IMG/VR virus record: IMGVR_UViG_3300036823_000301
Coordinates: 1-64,000 of that record
From: a virus
Length of the DNA stretch: 64,000 bases
Strand: one strand, 5' to 3'
Shown: one piece after another, positions 56,702-64,000 of the stretch
How positions within the stretch are numbered: position 1 is the first letter of the stretch
Layout: the number at the start of each line of letters is the position of its first letter
Position numbers and translations under genes: made by a program
Notes under the pieces: model-generated
Database searches by the model: none
What the model was told of the DNA's origin: nothing
What the model saw: only the letters and a program-made list of their open reading frames with translations

Positions 56702-58527
56702 ACTTGGACGTAATCAATACCCATTGTCGCAGGGAGTAGTGCAGGATTGGTGATTGGGCCAACCCAATCACTCACTACATTCGCTCCAGCGGTATATTCG
56801 ACAATGATGAACATTGGCGTTGTCTTATAAACACCGCCTGGATTAGCTACCTGAAACGTCTGCACACGATCTATATAAAATGTGATAAAATCAGATTGCC
56901 AATTGCATCCATAAGTATGATAAGCTGATACATTAAAGTTCGTATACGTGTTATTTTGGTATGAATACCAGTCTTGTGTTGAATTGTCAAGGTTGTGTAC
57001 ATCCATATGAACAATCCACGGCGTAACGTTACCGTTTCCTGTGTTACCTTGCGGTGAGACAATTTCAAAAATATCGATCTCCGGCGGATCAGCATTGGCT
57101 GTCAACCAAAAGGCAGATCCACCACCTTGAAGTAACGGAGTCGAACACCTTATTTCAAAGTATCCGTAGAGTTGACGAAATGTCTGCTCCGTTGTGATAA
57201 TACCTTGCACATATTGCGTGCTACCAATTGTGTTGACTGTCGTCTGGCTCTGCGGCGTGCGAATTGATAACCCAGCTATGCTGCTAGATACAATAGTATA
57301 GACGCCAGTCTCCGGTGTATTTGGGTCAAACGGATTTATGGTATATCCGCCCCCCTGTACATTACCATCAGACACATACCAGAGGGCCGGTTGCCACGTC
57401 CCCCCTGCCGATACATTTCTGGTGCTGTAGAGACTGATCGATGTTCCCGTAAAATCATCAAAAAATGTGCTAGGATTAGTGATGGGAGCCTCACCACTAC
57501 CCCCTGCTCCACCGGTCAACACAGGCTGCACGGTCGTCGGAATATTGATCGGCATATTTACGGAGCCAGAAGGCGTCGTAAATTGCGAGACGTTTTGAAA
57601 AGGCCCGTTGGGTGACGTAGCTGCAAATACATTGTAGGTGACAGGGGCAGCACCTAACGTATCTGCGGACATGACAACGTTAAAAAGGTAATTCAGATTC
57701 GTGTAACCATTCGGAGTTGCACTTAACAAAGAGATTGCGCCCGGTGCTCCAGCCTGTGGTGTGATTATGTTCAGTGTCGGCGACACAGTTTGGCCAAAGT
57801 GATTGCTCGCAACAACTTGGAAATCGTAGTTCGTGTTTGGCAGCAATCCGGTGATAGTTTCCGACAAAGGCGTCGTGACAGAGGAACCGATATTGGCCCA
57901 CGCAGACACCGCTACGAGATCGGTCGAACCGAATCCAATGGGTGGAATATAGGTCCAGGCCGCTACCGAAAACGCCGCAACATGATGATCGGACAAAGCA
58001 AACAGCACGATACCAGGGACAACCGGAAACGCAGTCACGGTCGATGGTATCGGAATTCCACCAATGTTTGTTGACGGGTTTGCTGTTCCAGAATTGTTCC
58101 ACGGTCCAGCACCAACACGGCCCCAGACACGATTATTATTGAGGTCAAAAGCGAACCGAACCGTCTGTCCTGTTGTATAGGATTGCCATGTGGCAATCGC
58201 TGAACCATTATTGAAGACTGTGCCACTACTATCCCAACCGATTTCGTCTAAACTGGCTCCTAAATTGTTTGAAGTTGATGAGTTCGTGTTGCCAATACCA
58301 ACACGTGTAGTATTGGCAAAGTTGACTGTGATTTCGAAATTAAATAAACCTGACGAATATGAATTTGCGGCAAACGCTTTGACAAAAATATTATTCGCAC
58401 TTGTTGAAACAGCGACACCGCCGCTGGCAATCGTTACCGATACATTAGTATGGGTCGGGCTGAAAATCTGCACGACTGTGATGGGATGCACACGCTGCTG
58501 CACCTGATAAGAGACGCTGCCACTCAT
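56680..58527 (-). CDS. SPRY/ConA-like + FN3 + GH16 glycoside hydrolase protein
   Basis: FRQLYGYFEIR, AFWL, PPEIDIFE (ExDxxE), YHTYGCNW, FYID; GLLPNTNYDFQVVASN FN3. Confidence 0.82.
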   Translation of the reverse strand: MSGSVSYQVQQRVHPITVVQIFSPTHTNVSVTIASGGVAVSTSANNIFVKAFAANSYSSGLFNFEITVNFANTTRVGIGNTNSSTSNNLGASLDEIGWDSSGTVFNNGSAIATWQSYTTGQTVRFAFDLNNNRVWGRVGAGPWNNSGTANPSTNIGGIPIPSTVTAFPVVPGIVLFALSDHHVAAFSVAAWTYIPPIGFGSTDLVAVSAWANIGSSVTTPLSETITGLLPNTNYDFQVVASNHFGQTVSPTLNIITPQAGAPGAISLLSATPNGYTNLNYLFNVVMSADTLGAAPVTYNVFAATSPNGPFQNVSQFTTPSGSVNMPINIPTTVQPVLTGGAGGSGEAPITNPSTFFDDFTGTSISLYSTRNVSAGGTWQPALWYVSDGNVQGGGYTINPFDPNTPETGVYTIVSSSIAGLSIRTPQSQTTVNTIGSTQYVQGIITTEQTFRQLYGYFEIRCSTPLLQGGGSAFWLTANADPPEIDIFEIVSPQGNTGNGNVTPWIVHMDVHNLDNSTQDWYSYQNNTYTNFNVSAYHTYGCNWQSDFITFYIDRVQTFQVANPGGVYKTTPMFIIVEYTAGANVVSDWVGPITNPALLPATMGIDYVQVWKTRPF

Positions 58528-58531
58528 TGTG

Positions 58532-59905
58532 TTAAGAAGATGTCCATATCAATGTGAGTGTTGTGCCGGTGACATTGGTAGCCTGAAGGTTGTTCGGTGC
58601 TTGGGGGTTGTTTGCGGTGTCCCAGCTAGAATATCCGGCCGGCGGCTCATAGGTCCAGCTTATAGCCGAAAAATAGCCATTTACGAAATCCCCAATTGCG
58701 CTAAGCGAACAGCCAGGGGCGACAGCTGCGGACAGCACTGAAGCTGGAATCGCGTCACCGCCGGTAAAGGTCACCGGATTCACAACAGTCGGGCTGCCTC
58801 CATACCATGGACCGTTGCCTACACGCCCATACAACGCTTTGGGTGTGCTGGTAAGATCGAGCGCGAAAGCAATCAGTGTGTTCGTGCCAACTGTTGGCCA
58901 TGTTGGCGACACAGCCACCGAATTGACCGCAACTACCCCCTGCCCAATGACCCAACCCATGCTGTTGGTATCAACACCAACAAATTTCTGGCTGGCGATG
59001 CTCGCATTGATGTTGCCTATACCAACTGAGATCAGCGTCGGGTCGGCGCATGAGACCAGAATCTCCCAGTAATAGCGCCCGGTCGTAGCCGTCGTCTGGG
59101 CGTAAACGGAGCTGTCATCAGCCGTCGTCTGTTCAGACGCTGTCGAGGCGTTGTTCGACAGCGTCATATTCGCAAACTTGTGGACGGAACTCCAGACCTG
59201 GGCATTCGCGCTTGTGGTGTCGGATTTAACAACAGCACTACCTTGTAGTGTGGCTGTCGCCTTGGAAGCACCCCCCGACACCACACCAATGGTTGAGATG
59301 CCATTGATCGGCACAGCCCCAAAGGTGATGCGCTGGCCGCCAATAGTAACACCAGCCGCGCCCGCGATCGACACAAACGATAGCGCGGAATGATTGACTA
59401 CCCCTGTTGCTGCCACTAAGGCAGCCCCAGCCACAGCACTCTTTGCCGCAATCTCGCTGATGGCGAGAGCACTAACCGCCCCGATACCTTTTACTGCAAC
59501 ACCCCAAACCGACTGAGTGGCGCTCGCTACAATTGATCCGGCACCGGCAAGATGCGCCGTGATGTGGATCGTTGCCATTGGCACAGGGGAGACAGCCCCA
59601 CGCCCTATCAGGGCCGCCTTGGCCTGCGCGGGGAGATTGACATTAGCTAAAAGCGCGCCGGAACCTGACGCTGTTGCCCCTGTTATCTGCGTCGTGCTCT
59701 GCGGCGTCAATGTTTCAATCGTAACCGTCGGTGAGATAACTGCCCCAGCCGGATTCGATGCTACAACTTGAAAATCGTAACTGGTATCTGGATTAAGGCC
59801 GGTGACAAGTTCCGACGTAGCTTCTGTGAGTGGCCCATAATTCTGCCACACTGTCTTACCAGACACCCGGAACTGTAGCTGATAGATGGTATCGAAACTG
59901 GCCAT
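58532..59905 (-). CDS. FN3 + repeat stalk + SPRY/ConA-like virion protein
   Basis: VTGLNPDTSYDFQVVASN; GRYYWEI...VGIG...FALDL; C-terminal APNNLQAT. Confidence 0.7.
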   Translation of the reverse strand: MASFDTIYQLQFRVSGKTVWQNYGPLTEATSELVTGLNPDTSYDFQVVASNPAGAVISPTVTIETLTPQSTTQITGATASGSGALLANVNLPAQAKAALIGRGAVSPVPMATIHITAHLAGAGSIVASATQSVWGVAVKGIGAVSALAISEIAAKSAVAGAALVAATGVVNHSALSFVSIAGAAGVTIGGQRITFGAVPINGISTIGVVSGGASKATATLQGSAVVKSDTTSANAQVWSSVHKFANMTLSNNASTASEQTTADDSSVYAQTTATTGRYYWEILVSCADPTLISVGIGNINASIASQKFVGVDTNSMGWVIGQGVVAVNSVAVSPTWPTVGTNTLIAFALDLTSTPKALYGRVGNGPWYGGSPTVVNPVTFTGGDAIPASVLSAAVAPGCSLSAIGDFVNGYFSAISWTYEPPAGYSSWDTANNPQAPNNLQATNVTGTTLTLIWTSS

Positions 59906-59908
59906 TGG

Positions 59909-60433
59909 CTAACCTAGCAGATTTGGCTGGTCCATAACGCCAAACTGTGGATCGTCCAGGACGAAGACTGGTATTGGATTCCAGCTGACTTTGATCGCGT
60001 AAGGTGTCTCTGCAATCGCCGCTACAAAGGGTCTGGATGGTGTAGTGACAGATGGTGGAGCGACACTGGTCGCAGGCAGGAACGTCGTCACCGCGACCGG
60101 TCCAAAGGTCGTATTGACCTGCATACTGGCCTGGAACGTCCTGGTGTCGGTATTAACCTGACTATTGTAGCCCACAATGCTGGATACATTAGGTGAATTG
60201 AGGATACGTGCGCGGATGACCGGATCTCGGGTGCTTGCGGTGCGGTTACCGAGCACTTGGGTGTTCCACGGCGTACCATCCGCCGTATTTTGATACCATT
60301 CGCCGAGAAACAGGCCGAGCCGGGTGCTGATGATCTGGCCGACGGCGTCTGCATTATTGACCAGGAACGCCCGCTGTGATCGACCAAACACCATATCCCC
60401 TGTCGCGTCTTGCGCCCTTACCCTCACGATCAT
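59909..60433 (-). CDS. baseplate wedge/sheath-initiator-like protein
   Basis: RVRAQDATGD..FG, VGQIISTRLGLFLGEW.....GTPW. Confidence 0.8.
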   Translation of the reverse strand: MIVRVRAQDATGDMVFGRSQRAFLVNNADAVGQIISTRLGLFLGEWYQNTADGTPWNTQVLGNRTASTRDPVIRARILNSPNVSSIVGYNSQVNTDTRTFQASMQVNTTFGPVAVTTFLPATSVAPPSVTTPSRPFVAAIAETPYAIKVSWNPIPVFVLDDPQFGVMDQPNLLG

Positions 60434-61218
60434 GATCCTGCGGTTGGAGGATTAGTTGGCACTTCACCGTCGCCGTGACCGTCGTTGCCCTGCGTATGTG
60501 TGTGAGATTGCACACCGACCTGATCACCACCACCAAAACCGGCGGTGACAACACCGGTAACGTGAAGATCTCCATTAATTTGCGTAAGCGGACAGGTAAT
60601 CGTAAGTTTTGTGTTAGCATTGACATTGATATTATCAATGTCCATACCATTAATGTTGACAACTTTGTTGTTACTATCAAGTTCAACAAGAATACCGTTA
60701 GAAATTAAACGAATTTTCTTGTTCATGTGGTCGAGCTCGGCGAAGATTGTGCCATCCTCTGAGCGCCACTGCGCGGTCGTGGCGCTCAATCCACTGAATT
60801 TGGTTTTTTGTGAATAAGGTCCCGGCACAACGAAAGCATCAGTGATATCGTGCATACGACTATCGAAGGGTGGTTGGATTCCCCCCTGCTGCCACCAGCC
60901 ATCAATATTCCGAGCCGCGTGGACGATGAGAACTTCATCGCCCACAGCCACCGGGAATGTCAAAACGTAACCACCACCACGCGGGAACACGACAGGAACA
61001 TCGGGAATGACTGGCAGATTCACCAAAGTCGTCACACCATCCGGCGTTCGTACCTTCCCCTGAACGACTGGCTGCACATCGACTGTGATTTTGCCTGCAA
61101 GATCCGAAACTTTTGTCAAAACTCCAGGCTGCGCCGTCCAGACCTCCGTCTGATGACTGACTACAGCCTGCCGCAAAACTTCACTTTGATCGGGAATTCG
61201 TTCGAAGAAATCAGGCAT
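60430..61218 (-). CDS. baseplate spike (gp138/gpV-like)
   Basis: DVPVVFPRGGG...TFPV..GDE, R.ID.WW..G, RMHD.TD, C-terminal HTH iron-binding motif. Confidence 0.88.
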   Translation of the reverse strand: MPDFFERIPDQSEVLRQAVVSHQTEVWTAQPGVLTKVSDLAGKITVDVQPVVQGKVRTPDGVTTLVNLPVIPDVPVVFPRGGGYVLTFPVAVGDEVLIVHAARNIDGWWQQGGIQPPFDSRMHDITDAFVVPGPYSQKTKFSGLSATTAQWRSEDGTIFAELDHMNKKIRLISNGILVELDSNNKVVNINGMDIDNINVNANTKLTITCPLTQINGDLHVTGVVTAGFGGGDQVGVQSHTHTQGNDGHGDGEVPTNPPTAGS

Positions 61219-61226
61219 ATAAGCCC

Positions 61227-62279
61227 TTAAGGTGGAATGCCAGAAGCAACATCTTTGACACTATTCGGCAGTTGCGCGCTCTTGTCGATCGAGAGGCAGA
61301 TCATATCCGAATACCAATTTGTCCCTCGATTGTCACCTATATGATCAACCCAAAGAACTTTGTAGTAACCCTTGCGGCCGGACGCCCACATGTCGTTCGT
61401 CGGTGGTAGTATGTTAAGATTCGTGACTTCCAGACCGATGGGTGGCTGCTGAATATACGACGTATCCAATTGAATTTGCGCGCCGGGACCAATCGCTGGA
61501 TTTAGTAAACAGCGGACATTGATTCCGTCCGCTGTCAATCTCGGTAGTCCGATCAGACCAGTGCTCGGAGTCAACACGACCGCATCACCCGGCTTATAAG
61601 CCGTACGCGGTAGAAAATTCAGCGTGTTGTTGTCTAATGACCACGTATTGTTATGAGAGTCAGCTAAATCGTTAAGGATCGCCTTAGCTGGCCCATAAAG
61701 TGCGCGTCCCCGAGCCGCAGAATCAGGGGGTTTCACGGGGCAAGCCTTCGTGTCGTCGGTCCACGTCACCTTGGTGCCGTTGACAGTACCAAACTTTGAC
61801 ATTTGCTGTGCGACAATGTCTTGAATGTCGGCTTGACTATGACCCGCAGCAAGCGAGACATTGACGAGTCCCCAATTCCGCGCTGTATCAGAGTCCGCTG
61901 CGAGAATTTCGACAAAGGTATCGACCACATTTTGCTCGCGCCCAGACCGCACCTGACGGATGGAGCCGGTAAAAATAGTTCCGTAGTTTCCGGTATAGCC
62001 AGCCTTGATGATAACTTGCCCCTGCCATTGACCAAAGCCAGTCGATCCTGTTGACCCCTGCGCACCTGCAATGTTAGCAATGAACTGCGCTGTTTGCGTC
62101 GAGACATTCCAGATTTTAATACGTGCTGTGTGTGGTGTGCTAATGACAATATGACGCACATCGAACTCAATATGAAGTGCATTGAGTGTGGGCGCGACCA
62201 ATTCGATACCTTCCCCGCCAGCGGCAGGTGCCACGATGACAGATAGATATCGCCCAAAGAGCTGAGTGCTGCTGCTCAT
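61227..62279 (-). CDS. baseplate hub protein
   Basis: ARIKIWNV, IKAGY..NYG.IF.G, TGLIG.P, V.CLLNP, GDNRG..WYS. Confidence 0.85.
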   Translation of the reverse strand: MSSSTQLFGRYLSVIVAPAAGGEGIELVAPTLNALHIEFDVRHIVISTPHTARIKIWNVSTQTAQFIANIAGAQGSTGSTGFGQWQGQVIIKAGYTGNYGTIFTGSIRQVRSGREQNVVDTFVEILAADSDTARNWGLVNVSLAAGHSQADIQDIVAQQMSKFGTVNGTKVTWTDDTKACPVKPPDSAARGRALYGPAKAILNDLADSHNNTWSLDNNTLNFLPRTAYKPGDAVVLTPSTGLIGLPRLTADGINVRCLLNPAIGPGAQIQLDTSYIQQPPIGLEVTNLNILPPTNDMWASGRKGYYKVLWVDHIGDNRGTNWYSDMICLSIDKSAQLPNSVKDVASGIPP

Positions 62280-62581
62280 GCGAAAAAATAAAGTTGTGTA
62301 TTAACACCGAGATCCGTGTAACCAACAGTCAAAATGTCACCCGATAATTGTACACCTAGACCGCCTCCGATTCCGATATAGTCGTATTGAGTAAGTAGAT
62401 TGATTCCACTTTTAAGTGGTATACCACAAATCAGTGGACTTCCATTGACATCCCCGATATCAAGAATCCACCCAGCATTCACATCATCACAATAGATCAA
62501 ACGCATCGTGTAGATGACACCGAGCAGCGTGACGCTGAAATTCTGCTGTGCGTTGATGAGGGGTATTTGATAAAAGTTCAA
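62276..62581 (-). CDS. baseplate plug-like protein
   Basis: IPL...Q.F...L, W.LDI....G.PL..GIPL..G.NLL.QY. Confidence 0.8.
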   Translation of the reverse strand: MNFYQIPLINAQQNFSVTLLGVIYTMRLIYCDDVNAGWILDIGDVNGSPLICGIPLKSGINLLTQYDYIGIGGGLGVQLSGDILTVGYTDLGVNTQLYFFA

Positions 62582-63165
62582 TGGGTCCCCCCGAAAATGT
62601 TCGCCAATATGCTACCGTTCGATGAGCTCGGTGGAACAGTGGCTGGTGTTTGTGGACCAGTATTCACTGTCCCCCCTGTCTGTTGCGGCTCAGCCTGATC
62701 CGATAACGGAGGTGCCTGGACCGCTTGGGTCGATACGATAATGATTTGTTGACATACCGCTTGGCACATCAGAGCTTTTTCAGTATCTTTATCGGTTGTT
62801 ACCATGAGCGACGTCAACATCATGCTGGAATAGGCTTGTTTACCTGTGTAAAGTGTGAATGGTGTCCCTGATGTTTGTAGGACAAGCAAATAGTTGTAAA
62901 CTTCTTCAACGAAACCGTCGCCATTCCCGGCGTCCGTCCAAGCCCAACGAAGCGTCACTTCCGTTGGCATCTTAAAGTAATGGTCAGAGATATTGGCACC
63001 GACCTCAACCGGGTGCTGCGTTATCACCAAGCGATCGAGGTGACGCTCTTCTATAGCGCAGTTCGGCACCAGCGAACCGATCGATCGCGGTGTGCTGATC
63101 AGAAGCGTTTCAAGAAAACTGGCTGCACCAGCCGCCGCAGCGAAGGCAGTTATTGCCCCAGACAT
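62578..63165 (-). CDS. baseplate/tail-tube initiator (Dit-like) protein
   Basis: IEE.H.D.L.IT.HPVE.GA.ISDH, PF...TGK..Y..M. Confidence 0.8.
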   Translation of the reverse strand: MSGAITAFAAAAGAASFLETLLISTPRSIGSLVPNCAIEERHLDRLVITQHPVEVGANISDHYFKMPTEVTLRWAWTDAGNGDGFVEEVYNYLLVLQTSGTPFTLYTGKQAYSSMMLTSLMVTTDKDTEKALMCQAVCQQIIIVSTQAVQAPPLSDQAEPQQTGGTVNTGPQTPATVPPSSSNGSILANIFGGTH

Positions 63166-64000
63166 TATCGATTCGGTGACTGAGAGTTACGGATCATATC
63201 CATAGTAGACTGTTCAGCGGTCGCTTGAATACGATCTGCGACGGACTGTGGGTCCTGGACCCCATGCACGTTGAGCGTCGTATCTACCTTATAGCTATGG
63301 TGTTGGACAGGGGGAGCAGTGGTGGAAGTCTGGCCGCCCTGTGCGACAGGGCCAAGTGCCGGACCATCCTTTAAGAACGCCTGCCCATAAGCTGTATGAC
63401 CAGCTTCATATTGCTGCAAATTACCAGCATGCCCGGCTTCATAATCTTCGAAAAAGTCATGAGCAAGGCTCGAAAAATTCCGCATCGGTTGACGCATTTT
63501 TTCCAATAGTTGTGGGAACTTATTCTTCAACTCCCATTCATGGTATTGGATATCGACCTCTTCTGGTGACAGATCCGGATGCGCACGTGCGAAGGCATCA
63601 CGCGCTGTTCGCCGAGGGCCGGTGAACTGCCACATACCGAAAGCTGATGTCGTTGTTTGTGGCACAAGGCCAGTCGGAATACTGCGAATGCCAGATTCGG
63701 CCGCTGCATTACCGGCATCAGCCGCCGCAGCTTGCGACGTAATGCCGAGATCTTTCTGCAAGCGCGCCATGAGCATGCGCGCGCGGCTTCGAATCTCAGC
63801 GCTGGTTGTGGCAGGGGGGGTTGGTCCCAAAGCATCCCCTGGGAGGCCGCCTCCACCGCCCCCACCCCATTCAGCAGCGTTGGCTGGCGACACTAGCACA
63901 GCGTTGTTGACAATAACTCTGTCGAATAAGCCGAATAGTTTGGAGGCAAAGTCAGCACTTTTATCAACACCTTCCTTCAGCCACGTGCCTGCGGTCGAAC
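63165..64000 (-). CDS. tape measure protein C-terminus with phage-tail-lysozyme domain (5' end outside window)
   Basis: Frame stays open to the window edge; AA...GN...ESG and AFGMWQFTGPRR motifs. Confidence 0.75.
   Translation of the reverse strand, partial: STAGTWLKEGVDKSADFASKLFGLFDRVIVNNAVLVSPANAAEWGGGGGGGLPGDALGPTPPATTSAEIRSRARMLMARLQKDLGITSQAAAADAGNAAAESGIRSIPTGLVPQTTTSAFGMWQFTGPRRTARDAFARAHPDLSPEEVDIQYHEWELKNKFPQLLEKMRQPMRNFSSLAHDFFEDYEAGHAGNLQQYEAGHTAYGQAFLKDGPALGPVAQGGQTSTTAPPVQHHSYKVDTTLNVHGVQDPQSVADRIQATAEQSTMDMIRNSQSPNR

Larger units (their letters stand above)
1414..63818. repeat. dispersed over-represented heptamer CCCCCTG/CAGGGGG
   Basis: ~80 copies by manual count, e.g. 1776, 2314, 4106, 4322, 6128, 6646, 7570, 9724, 10482, 13135. 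Confidence 0.8.

Noticed and set aside
1-64000. Prophage boundary, integrase or host chromosome flank
   Set aside because: No integrase, att-like repeat or host operon seen; host-like genes are interspersed singly among phage genes

Overview
A 64-kb internal segment of a tailed dsDNA phage genome with a contractile-tail (myovirus-type) baseplate. The host is probably an alphaproteobacterium (inferred from the NYN, receiver-domain, GcrA-like and DUF3309-like genes). The left part (1 to ~29.2 kb, mostly + strand) holds early, replication and metabolism genes: three kinds of DNA methyltransferase, an NYN nuclease, SNF2, UvrD and RecD2/Dda helicases, an SSB-like protein, an AEP primase, NrdAB, ThyX, PolA, a VRR-NUC-like nuclease, an HNH nuclease and a CheY-like receiver. 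The right part (~29.1 to 64 kb, - strand) runs from the tape-measure C-terminus through baseplate, tail fibres and lysis genes, and is heavily expanded with enzymes (2 GH39-like, GH16, S53 and C1 proteases, GT9, FkbM). Three signals missed by the ORF track stand out. (1) A full-length Ro60/Rsr (TROVE) gene is preceded by its own promoter and a tandem array of three Y-RNA-like genes: one tRNA-mimicking YrlA and two minimal Y RNAs. (2) A 274-nt ORF-less group I intron splits a tail gene, apparently with a non-canonical 5' splice site. (3) The heptamer CCCCCTG/CAGGGGG is strongly over-represented window-wide (~80 copies by hand count). All protein calls come from motif recognition by eye; no database searches were run.
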